Shown here piece after piece: positions 1 to 10,802 of a stretch of 64,000 nucleotides of DNA (its first letter is position 1; each line of letters starts with the position of its first letter). The translations under genes and the position numbers were made by a program. This stretch comes from Lingula anatina (taxonomy: Eukaryota > Animalia > Brachiopoda): assembly GCA_051362555.1 (NCBI GenBank), contig CM120645.1, positions 13,702,001-13,766,000 on the forward strand, in the 5' to 3' direction. Below the pieces are notes generated by a model. The model ran no database searches, was not told where the DNA came from, and saw nothing but the letters and a program-made list of their open reading frames with translations.

Positions 1-1519
1 AAAAATAACAATAATCATAACAGTGTTTCTCTCCGTACAATCTTTAAATATGAAGTTTAGGGTGTGGCTACTATCACTAACTATACAATAAATCATAACA
101 ATACAATGTACCATATTAAAAAATTAAATATCTGATATGAAAAGCACCTTTAAGTTACCTTTATTTACAAACTTCATAGGACACTCCTCACACTTGTAAT
201 TGCGGATATTTTTATGGCGCTTGCAGGTTTGTTTTCTGTGCGAAGGCTTTCCCACAGCAGTCACACAGGTGATTCTTCTGGTTAATATGGGTGGCTAGGT
301 GACTCTTTAGGCTGCCTGACTGCATGGATGCCTTAGGCACATAGTGTGCTTCTGCATATGAAAAATGTATTACGTAGCTTATCTGCTTTCATATATTTTA
401 GCATAGAGACCCCTTTGCGATTAAGTTTGAAATATTTTAGGCAATATTGCCACTAAATTTAACGTACCCTTCTATATAGTCAATTTGAAAAACAATTCAA
501 TTACTCTCAAACTTTATCTGTCAATAACATCTACTACATCAACTAGGATATCAAAAAACAAGATGTTTCATAGGTTCCAGCAAAAGAGAGAGAGAGAATT
601 ACATAAAGGTCTTCCATCTGCTGTGCGTTTCCTCATGTGTATCTTCAAACTATTTCCCGTCATTGTAAATGGAGCTAACCAGTGCAAGACACACATATAT
701 TAAATTTTTCGTTTTTTAGCGGATATATTTTTTCCTTGATGTTACAAATCTAACTCCTACAAACAAATACATGTATGTTGCCAACAAATATTACAAACGG
801 ATGTTTTCATTCATATCATTTTATATATGTATTTTCCAGCATGAAAAGTAAAATTTCATTATTTTTGCTTTGAGCTTATTGTCCATTATTTATCACAAAG
901 CTAAAGTGTCAGCGATTTTATACAAATTACGAAAGCTTCCAAGCAGTAAATATTTTTATACATGACGCATTTGTAAAAAACACATATTAGTGGTGCCTCA
1001 TGCTATTAATAACTTGTTAATGTAGCGCAAAACACACATCTCACAAACAGCCACGTAAATTTTAAAGAAACAAACGCCCATTTTACCATGTCACCAAAGC
1101 GTTGACCACATTCTTGCAGCTCTGGTGGTGATCAGCTAATTAGTAGCAAATGTTCTCATCTGGTCTTTTCTTTTTCAGATGACAATATACTATTATATAT
1201 TATTTTCATAAAATCGCCTTTTATGTTTGACGATCTGAGATCATACTGTTATATTTCCAACTTCAACAAGTTGCCTCTATGCAATTTATTTCATGAAGCG
1301 GACGTTTCAAATCACTCCCTTATTTGAGCGGCATGTGCCCTACTGTGGAAGAGTCTTCTTCTGTTAGACCCAGTTCTGCAAAGCAGGAAAACCCTCCCTT
1401 CGTCAACTGTTTAACTGAAATAGTGATTATTTTTCTTTTATATAAAAAATGATTAAAAAAGGCATTAAGTGTAGATGTATCTATTTACGGTGGCCCACAA
1501 GTGCACTCCAAATTCCAAA

Positions 1520-1793
1520 CGACACTCCCAATTCTAAACCTCACACCGAATACTTAAACTTCACTCTCAATTCTTAAACCCCACTCCGAATTCGTAAACC
1601 CCACTCCGAATTCGTAAACCTCACTCCAAATTGAAAAAGCTCACTCCGAATTCGCAAACCTCACTCCGAATTCGTAAACCCCACTCCAAATTCGTAAACC
1701 TCACTCCGATTTGAAAAAGCTCACTCCGAATTCGTAAACCTCACTCCGAACTGAAAAAGCTCACTCCGAATTCGTAAACCTCACTCCGAATTC
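1520..1793 (+). repeat. 20-bp tandem array (CTCACTCCGAATTCGTAAAC), left subterminal repeat
   Basis: About 13 adjacent near-identical units with no spacers; an inverted counterpart lies at ~3100-3350. Confidence 0.9.
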
Positions 1794-2509
1794 ATATTTT
1801 AACCCCGTTCACTGCCGTATAAAGTCGGAAGTAATATTCTAAGATGGGCTAGGGGATTTTGCCAATAGAGGGCTTCGTGTGAAAACTAGTTATTTTTCAT
1901 ACAACTTGGTGCGCTGTATTCCCATTCACAAAATGATGACGTAGACGTATGACCCTTTTAAGCTCAAGGTAATAGAAGAAATGAAGAAAATAGGGATAAA
2001 CATACATGTACTTAACAGCAAGTCACAATTAAAATATATTATGTTTACGTGTTTTCTTGTGTGTGTCGTTGTAAGGAATTATACATGTATTATGAATATG
2101 AGAACAGAATTACGAGTTGAAACAGCGTTGGAAGGAACAGATTTATGCACTACATGTATGTAAATAAACGTGCGTTATTTATTATTTACAACTTCAAGCA
2201 TTTTCACATGATTATTTTGAAATGAATGTTTAATACAGATAAAACATGTTTCAGGGTGTCGACATTGGCTTATATTATTTATAAATGGGCAAAACAATCC
2301 GTATTATCATATACTGTAGGCCTACACATGTACCTGTTATATAACCGAGTATACTTGATAATAGTAATTAGTAGCCCCTCACTCTTTTGCAGCTGAAATA
2401 TTCATCTAAGATCATAGATAATCTAATAATTGAAGATCATAGATAATCTAATAATTGAAATTAATCAGATTAATTACACTTTATTAATCGATTTCGAATG
2501 AATAACATG

Positions 2510-2757
2510 CAGTGGTGGATGGGGGGGGGAGGCGTGTGAGGGGGGTCTTGACCCCCCTTTTGAATTCTGTAAAAAAAAAAAAAACACCAATGTTAAAATT
2601 AGAATTTTGAATAATAGTTCTAAAATGTACCAAATAGCACTGTTCGCCCTATAAGGGGGGGGGGGGCAGCTCTGCATGTGCAGCCTGTCATTCCCAAAAA
2701 AAAAAAAAAAAAAAAAAAAAACAGATCCCCCTTCAAATAATCCTGGATCCACCCCTG
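2510..2757. mobile_element. Short MITE (CAGTGGTGGA...GGATCCACCCCTG ends, hAT-like), nested in the 1486-3388 element
   Basis: Imperfect TIRs; an element with similar ends in the opposite orientation lies at 33082-33373. No clear TSD. Confidence 0.5.
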
Positions 2758-3099
2758 ACACGTATGGATTATTAGTAGTATCAATCCTATGTTGAGAAAA
2801 TTGGGAGCAGTGTCACTTAATTTGTCCTTTTATTTATAATGGTAAACCTGTAAATTGCTTCTTGCCCCCAATTTGTGTCCCTGGCGAGAGAGAGTGAATT
2901 GACCTTGTGACGTAAACTGTTGGTTTATTTTCGTAAGGTATGTATCACGCAAACCAAAATGTAACACAATTCGCACTGTTTGCTAAAACTCTCTCGAACC
3001 TTTCACTGGAAGCGCCCAGCTAAAAAAAATTATTTGTCCCAGACGAATTACTGTTTCATAAGATTTCTCGAAGAGAACTTTGATGAGAATTGGCATAGT

Positions 3100-3350
3100 G
3101 GAATTGGGAGTGAGCTTTTTGAATTCGGAGTGAGGTTTACGAATTCGGAGTGAGGTTTGCGAATTCGGAGTGAGTTTCTTTAATTCGGAGTGAGGTTTAT
3201 GAATTCGGAGTGAGGTTTGCGAATTCGGAGTGAGTTTTTTCAATTTGGAGTGAGGTTTACGAATTCGGAGTGAGGTTTGCGAATTCGGAGTGGGGTTTAC
3301 GAATTCGGAGTGAGGTTTACGAATTCGGTGTGAGGTTTAGAATTGGGAGT
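3100..3350 (-). repeat. 20-bp tandem array, right subterminal repeat (inverted relative to 1520-1793)
   Basis: GAATTCGGAGTGAGGTTTAC units. Confidence 0.9.
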
Positions 3351-3853
3351 GTCGTTTGGAATTTGGAGTGCACTTGTGGGCCACCGCATCTATTAGCAAA
3401 TCATACATAAGACCAATTTCGAAACTTCAAATTAAAGTTCAGATTTACTTCCTTGTCATTGTGTCGACTTCAGTTCAGATGTGTACGTGTTTGAATTGTA
3501 AATATATTATAAATAAGAAGTTGGTTGTAAAGTTATCACATCATGTCCAGCTTAAAATACCATTAAGTTAAGAAATGGCTGTGGTGACTATTAAAATAGA
3601 TAAAGAAATGAAGGCATGTGCATACTTAAGTCTTTAAGCTGGGTCTTCAAGGCATTAACTGTAATGTCATTGTCAAGTCCATGCACCAGTACATCTTCCA
3701 TTTCTTTGAATGGCTTTTGGATAGTATCCTGTTAGAAGAGAAACGATGTAATTTCAATTTTGAGAAATTATAAATAAGTGTTCAGGCATACCTACTTATC
3801 ATCTCATAATTAAATTGCAAAAAAAAAAAAAAAAAAAAAAAATGAACACCTAC

Positions 3854-5643
3854 TCTAAAGAATTTCACTATCTCAGCCTTCTCCAAGAAAGCAACAGTGA
3901 GGTCCTGGTGGTTGAGTTTTGCCACGTCCAGTGGGGTGTCGCCATCATCATCTGCCGCCTTGGTGTCCGCCTCAGCTTCCACCAGTAGTTTCACAATTTC
4001 TCTGTTACCTTGCATGCAGGCCAAATGCAGCGGCGTCAGTTTATAAGCATCGCGGACGTCTGTGGCAGCCCCAAGCTCCAGAAGTTTCTCCACCACAGCG
4101 GGGTGTTGTTTTAGAACTGCGTGGTGGAGCGGGGCTAGATCCTCGTGTGCGGAATCTGCAAATGTTACATACGTCTCTTGAATCTTCTTTACAATGTCAT
4201 CGGGGGGTTCTTTTCCCCATCCTGAGTGCAGCACTTTCCCGTAATCTTCCACATCTAAAATTGTAACATTTAGTTTTACCGAGAAGTCAGCAAAAAGCTT
4301 CCTCTTGACCAGAACATAATGCCACGCGGGTCTTTCTCTATCCTTACCCCACACCTTATACACGATAGTCCCTTTGTAGAGATGACCTCGTTAGTCAATC
4401 AGTGTACGCTTTCTTCTCAGAATGGCATTTAAACATTGCACTTGCCCACTCTTTGCTGCCATGTGTGCTAGATTTTCGCCTTTGTTATTTAGGATGGTTG
4501 GATCTGCTCCGCCTTCATCTAACAGACATTCCACAACATCCAAGTTGTCCTTGTTGAGAACTGCGATATGTAAAGCCGTGTCTCCATCGTTGTTCTGAAT
4601 ATTTGGGTCAGCATTATGTTCATTTATCAAACATTTAACCACATCTACATGACCATTTCCAGATGCTACATAGAGAGCTGTGTTTCCGTCCTTGTTCTGA
4701 ATATTTGGGTCAGCATTATGTTCATTTATCAAACACTTCACCACATCTACATGGCCATTTCCAGCTGCTACATAAAGAGCTATGTTCCCGTGCTTGTTCT
4801 CATAATTGACATCGATTCCAACCATTGTTGCTATTTCTTTCACTAACTCGACTTGACCGCCCCATGCGGCACACACCAGGGTATTGCTGGTCACAGGTAA
4901 ACCATGGCGCTGCAGCCTGTTGTATATGTCTCTGTAGTTACCCATCGCTGCGGCATCGAGGCACGTTATGTCTCCCGTATCTGACACCACACTTTTCTTG
5001 ATGTCTATATTCGGTAGATCAGTGAGGTACTCCACCACGTCATCGTACCCCATCCTACAGGCACGACCCAGGGCTGTTTCACCATCATCTGTGACAGCAT
5101 TCAGGTCTGCACCCATTTCGAGAAGCAGCTTCACGCCATCTAGGAATCCTACACCGGCGGCATAGTGCAGCGGGGTAAAATTATCTGAGTCAGTAATATT
5201 TACCAAATTATGGTCACGAGTGCAGAATTCTTTTAACTTATCAATGTTTTGACTCCTTACAACCTTGTGGATTACATTCATTCCACTATCAGTTTTTTTA
5301 AATGAATCAATTCGGTCTGCCACTCTCTCGTTGTGTCTCTTCAAAGCTATCTCTTTTGCAGTACAACCCTCCAGCTCACCAGGGTGAGTGCCACTTGTGA
5401 CCTGAGTGGAAAGTGTCGACAAATCAAAATGTCGAAATATTGTGACAACTGCATTTACGTTATTGTGAAACGCTGCGACATGTAGCACATTAAATCCGTT
5501 GTCATCCCTGTACTCCAGGACTTTGTTTCTGTCCACCTGGCGGGCAGTCCTATCTAGCTCGTACCAAAGCTTAGGCTGTGAGATGAGTGAAGACAGTCGA
5601 CGTAATGGATCATGTGTCACTGAAATATCTTCCGTTTTTTCTG
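3854..5643 (-). CDS. Paralog 1 exon 4: ankyrin repeats plus inserted WHYVLV...SGWG domain (interrupted by TAA at 4391)
   Basis: Repeated TPLH/TALH ankyrin motifs; acceptor TTTCAG at 5644 and donor GTAGGT at 3853. Confidence 0.85.
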
Positions 5644-6050
5644 CTGAAATGAAGGTACACAAACGGTTTAATGCCATACTTTTTTGTCTTCTATAATAAG
5701 GATACTAACATTTATGTACATTTTATGAATTTATTTGTCTTTTTTTCTTGATAAAATCATCACCATCTTGATATTATTAACTTTTGAATGGTCTGTGATA
5801 CAATATTTAAATATTTAAATTAAATATTCAATATTCGCATATCAACATCATATTCATAATGCAGTATGAGAAAAAAAAAGAAAATATATTTGAACATAGA
5901 TATTTTGGTTGAAATTCCTTTCACTTCTAGATAAAACGAAGCAGAATTTGGATGAGTAGAACTGACATCACTTTTTTACTTAATCCAAAAATGAAAATCC
6001 ATTCTCCTACATAAAGCATTATATAACGTGTATAGAATACACCTGAGGAG

Positions 6051-6092
<42 letters not shown>

Positions 6093-6169
6093 TGCGGGTG
6101 TCATTTCTCCACTGTTGGAAAGAGAGGGGGCGGATTCCTGTATCCGTCCATGAATGTGACAACTCTTAC

Positions 6170-6313
6170 CTTGCACCGACATGCCAACCTGTGCATCTTC
6201 TACATCCCCTGTATAATCTGCCTGAAGAAACCTGTTGCTGTCTCCTATTTGGATGTTTTGGCTTTGTTTGACGCTGATCGTCTGTATATGTGGGCTAGTC
6301 AGTTTACTTGGCA
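6170..6313 (-). CDS. Paralog 1 exon 3: RHIM-motif exon (TISVKQSQNIQIGDSNRFL)
   Basis: 144-nt phase 1-1 exon conserved in all four copies; IQIG core. Confidence 0.8.
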
Positions 6314-6483
6314 CTGTAATAGAGCATTAACTTAGTTTGACATGTGAAATTAAACTTGGTCAAGTCTAATTGGATTGGCCAATGTTTAGGCTTTGTCTTG
6401 GGAGTAAACAGCTTCATTAAAGAGATCATAACTTAAAGTAAATGTTAACGTTTCAGACCGTTTGTTCTTTTGTTTTATTGTAC

Positions 6484-6833
6484 CTTCTTCCGGAGCCCAT
6501 GATTCTTGTCTTGTCAGATTCAGGATCATCAGCTCTAAAACATCTCTTTTCTTAGCTATGCCATGAAGAACGTCTTCTTTGGTTATCCTAGCTCCTTCCC
6601 TTTCCAGAACAACAGAGAGCTGGTCATCTTGTCCAAAATCTAACAGGGAGAAGCAGATTACATACAAAAATTAAATGGAGCGTTCCCCTATCCTTTCGAC
6701 ACATTAAAAAGAATGCAAGTACATCTGTGTAGGCAATCTACATGTTGTAATCTTCAATGGTTTCTGGAAAGTTTTGGCTCATTGTAATGCAGGTTTTCAA
6801 GATCACGCACACAAGCACACAGACACACACTCA

Positions 6834-6873
<40 letters not shown>

Positions 6874-7103
6874 CACACACACACACACTTTTTATGCGTC
6901 GTCTATTTACATGATTGATTTTATTGTTTATTGTTTAACAGAAAGTCGTATGTTTAAAAAAGGTTCAACAAGAACACCTAATGGAAAAGACTGTACTAAC
7001 CAAAGAGTTTCCTGGCGTCGTGTAGAAGCGTCTCCATTGTTGTTAGCATGCATGTTTCCCTCTTCTGACGGTCACATGAGTAGATGATACAGGGGGTGCC
7101 CAT
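6484..7103 (-). CDS. Paralog 1 exons 1-2 (7103-7001, 6639-6484): CIDE-N-like domain
   Basis: Spliced MGTPCIIYSCDRQKRETCMLTTMETLLHDARKLFDFGQDDQLSVVLEREGARITKEDVLHGIAKKRDVLELMILNLTRQESWAP follows the CIDE-N pattern (P..i...DR..r......l.eLl.ka...l.....lvLeeDGt.V..Ee.f..L.....lmvL..gqsW.P). Confidence 0.7.
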
Positions 7104-7705
7104 CTTTCTAAATGAAAATAATAAGTAATACCTCCAAGAAAGTGTGTACATGTATTTGTCTGTCGTCTTATATAACGTTCATAAAATAATAGGTAATATA
7201 TATTTATATACAAATATAAATTAAAGAGTTCAAAGTTCAAATCTTTTCATCCATTTTCTGAATATTTCTTAGTGTAATGATGCAACTCGTGGATAGATAA
7301 TATTAATTTTATTAAACAAATTGTTTTCATGGAGTACAAGTACATAAAATTTTCGTGATAGAAGTACAGAACAATTTATTAAAATCTGATCAAATTATAT
7401 CTCTAGGTAAAGCAGGGGTAAGCAGATTATCTCACTCATCCAGGTAGCCCTTTGATGAATTAACTGTTATTTTTAATTGTTTTATTTCTCCCTCCTTGAT
7501 TGAATAAGTCTTGAATCAATGTGCATCTCTAGGGAGAGGTAGGAATCGTCCGGGGGGAATTGTCCGGGGGGGGGGGGGGGAATAGTCCGGGGGGGGGGGG
7601 AAATTGTCCTAGAATCCGTTCATAGACATAGATTCACAAAATAAAAAGGTTACTGTAATAAGTGGTGCTGATATTTAATTTCCTAAATGTAACATGAGCA
7701 CATCT

Positions 7706-10119
7706 CCCAGCAGGCATAGTCGCGTTGGATCAACGTTGAAAACAGGTTGATACGTTGAATAACCGTTAATCTACCTAAATTCAACGTAAAATCAACGTTG
7801 ATCCAGCCACGTCAAAACACCTTCATAATGTGACGTTGACTCAACGTTGTATTTTGGTCATTGACACAACCTTGCAGACATGGATTGTAATTAAAAATAT
7901 TAATTATTGAAAACATGATACTTTGTTTATCAATACTGTAACTAACTTTATCAAAATAATAAAAAACAAGGCAGCAAAGCTGTCAAATGTACAGACAAAG
8001 TACAGAAAATAAAGATGCAAATAAGTGAAAAATTAAATTTTCACAAAAAACTGTTAAATTGCCAGAAAAATTTACCAAACAGACTGCGTTGCCTATTGAA
8101 GCTGTATGTTAGACCCATGTTTCTTTCCTGTAAGTTTGAGAACAGTAAGTGACATGATTTCCCTTAAATGGTCATCATAGGAGCAGTGCCCAAAATAGGG
8201 GTTTCTTCAAATTTTGATGCAATATTACATAATGTTTAACAGCTTAATGACCATCAATTTTTAATTATAAAATATTTGTTTCACAGATATTCAGAAAATG
8301 TGACTAGCAAGGTCTTCAGGCCCATGGAACTTCAAAGTCACGCCTTGAAAATGCCAAAATGTAAACAAGACAGCACTGTTCTGAAATGGGTTTATTTCCA
8401 TTTTTAACACTTTTTTAACATAAAACAAAATAAACATTTTACTGCCTTTTTATATGACCAACTAAGAAAATTGATGAGATGGGAAAAGTATCAATAGAAC
8501 AGTGTTAAATGTCCAATTTCCTCCATTCTGAGATTCTGAACATAGTGGATGATTGAATCTGACAAACTGCAATGATATGAGTTTATTTCCATTTTTGACA
8601 CTTTATTACACAATACATGATAACAAGTTTACCATGTTTTTTACATAATCAACTAACAATGTTGTAACGATGCAGGAAATATCAAACAAACACTTTTAGG
8701 CATCTTATTAGTTAAATAATGAGACTGTTAACATGCCTTATAATTGAATCTGAGGAAATGTGAAAAACAGTATAACTTCTAAAATAATGGCCCGATTATG
8801 CTGATTTTCGAACTCAACCTGCGTTTTAGTAAGATTGACCACTCCTGTGAGTATAATTACAATTGGCCAATCCGTTTTTCTTATATTGTGTTATTAGTGT
8901 TGTATTTATATTGAAAATAGTGAAAAAAAAGCATAAATTCCCTAAAAATGGCCCAAGCATGCTGATTTTCGAACTTGACCTGCATATTATGAATATTCAT
9001 CAGTTCTGTAAGTTTCAAGTCAAAAGGTAAAATGGTTTTCCACTTATTGTGTTATCGGTGCTGCATATATGCTGAAAAAAGTGAAAAAACAGCATAAATT
9101 CCCTAAAAGTGACCCGATCATGCTGATTTTCGAACTTGACCTGCGTATTATGAATATTCATCAGTTCTGTAAGTTTCAAGTCAAAAGGTAAAATGGTTTT
9201 CCACTTATCGTGTTATCGGTGCTGCATATATGCTGAAAAAAGTGAAAAAACAGCATAAATTCCCTAAAAGTGACCCGATCATGCTGATTTTCGAACTTGA
9301 CCTGCGTATTATGAATATTCATCAGTTCTGCAAGTTTCAAGTCAAAAGGTAAAATGGTTTTCCACTTATCGTGTTATCGGTAAAAGTGCACGGCGACGAC
9401 GGCGACGACGGCGACGACAGACGCAGATGATGGCTATATGTACAGACACATCTGTGTCTGTACATAAAAAGTGTTTTAAAGTAAAAGTGACAGTTGTTTT
9501 GTGTCTTTAGTGAACTAGTGCATTTTCTTAACTTGTTATTCAGAAATACATTCCAATAAACTGAATTCCTTGCAAGGTCAACTAACATTTTTTGTTGTAA
9601 ATGTGATGGAGTGAAGTTAATAAAGTTGACAGTTCTCGGTACCCTGTTCTAGATAGACAGGTTGAGGTGACTGTGACTTTGTTATATATTTATATATCTT
9701 AAAATAACTATATATATTAATCCAAACCTTGGAAATTTTGACTTAAAGGCCATACATATATACCCTATATATATTTAGTCATCAAACATGCCCTACTGCT
9801 AAACACATCCAGGCTAAAAGGGTGTACCATGCTTAGGTGCAAAACATTCTTTGGAGCTAAATGCGTTGAAAAAATCATACAAAGCAGGCACTTGGATGTT
9901 TTTACAGTGTACGTTATAATAATTGTGTACCTGTGTTTTGTACCAAAAATAAAACGTTTCAGGTCATTTTAATGTCTTTTCATGCAATAACGCTGTCTAA
10001 CAACTGGGGTTGATACAATGTTGTTATCTGACGTTGAGTCAACTTTCAAATCCAATGTTTATCCAACGTATTATCAACATTATGGTTCAACCTTGTTTCA
10101 ACGTTAAAACAACATAATT
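7706..10119. mobile_element. Non-autonomous CACTA/EnSpm-like element (CCCAGC end, AACGTT-rich subterminal repeats), right terminus missing
   Basis: Begins CCCAGCAGGCA. A second copy at ~44680-45527 ends TGCCCGCTGGG (the inverted match). The internal sequence is shared between the copies except for the 7965-9470 insert. Confidence 0.65.
7965..9470 (+). mobile_element. Helentron-associated non-autonomous element (HINE/DINE-1-like) nested in the 7706-10119 element
   Basis: 5' AACAAG, subterminal ATGTACAGACA (7987-7997), 161-bp tandem repeats (units at 8800, 8961, 9122, 9283), (GGCGACGAC)n microsatellite at ~9391-9420, 3' hairpin 9437-9466, then an A-run. Absent from the 44680-45527 copy. Confidence 0.7.
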
Positions 10120-10353
10120 TCATCAGATTTATTCTCTTTGATATTTTCCAGATGCGACCAGGTGTGTAGGCCTTTTGTGTATACCTTATCAGTTAAAGAG
10201 CATTACCATCTTCTGGTTAAAGAGGAAACAGTATTTGAAGAGGAGCCACTGGCATCTCCAGTTATTACATATTCTGAGAACTTCATGGAGGCCACCTACT
10301 CTGTTAGGGCTAGACATGTGGTCAATGGGAGTTCTAAGGCTTCGTTCACATGC

Positions 10354-10746
10354 TAGAGAATAATGAGCATACTGTAGTTTTCATTCAAAGGTAATTGCTT
10401 ACCAAGAGTACTTAGTCAGATGTTAGATGTAGCCAAAGGCTATGTTGCATCAGTACTTACCTGGAGAACATGTCATTCTCTATATGCACACTGTGTAGGC
10501 CTATATAGTGAATCATTCAGACACTGGACTTCACCCTGATAGGAGGTGTGCAAGACTTTTTATACCTGAGGTGACTTACATTTATTTACATATATCAGTA
10601 TTTCATAATCTAGTTCTTTATTGAGTATTTCATATTTTTCCATTTATTATATTACTGAGTTTACTAATAGTTTGTTTGTATGCATTTCAGCCTTCATTGT
10701 TTCCAGTTAATAAAGATTGGAAATCAAATAGTGTCCATCTTATCTA
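10354..10746 (+). repeat. 5' LTR
   Basis: TAGA...TCTA ends; AATAAA at 10709-10714; direct repeat of 15653-16045. Confidence 0.95.
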
Positions 10747-10802
10747 TGAAGGCTCAGGTATGACCATAGTCTACCGGTAAACAGTCCATCCTACAGGCCA
10801 GC

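Larger units (their letters stand above)
1486..3388. mobile_element. Non-autonomous TIR DNA transposon (TAYGG ends, 6-bp TSD; IS3EU-like) in intron 5 of paralog 1
   Basis: Long inverted ends TACGGTGGCCCACAAGTGCACTCC...GGAGTGCACTTGTGGGCCACCGCA; direct repeat TCTATT at 1480-1485 and 3389-3394; subterminal arrays of a 20-bp unit at both ends. The superfamily call rests on the termini and TSD only. Confidence 0.7.
1320..7103 (-). pseudogene. Paralog 1: CIDE-N-like/RHIM/ankyrin-repeat gene with a premature stop (pseudogene or truncated allele)
   Basis: Coding exons with GT-AG boundaries: 7103-7001, 6639-6484, 6313-6170, 5643-3854, 3728-3626, 1414-1320; phases are consistent (797 codons including the terminal stop). 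An in-frame TAA at 4393-4391 sits where the paralogs have AAA (Lys), and ORFs 4391..5677 and 3782..4363 share one frame. Confidence 0.8.

Noticed and set aside
1520-1793. CRISPR-like appearance of the 20-bp repeats (also 3100-3350 and 55150-55600)
   Set aside because: The units are directly adjacent with no unique spacers, there are no cas genes, the context is eukaryotic, and they are transposon subterminal repeats.
3919-5696. Plus-strand ORFs antisense to the ankyrin exons (also 25733-27918, 37547-40054, 50542-53067)
   Set aside because: Shadow frames of the real minus-strand coding sequence; their recurrence only reflects paralogy.
6053-6090. (GT)n, (CA)n and homopolymer-derived ORFs throughout the window
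   Set aside because: Simple-sequence repeats, not coding.
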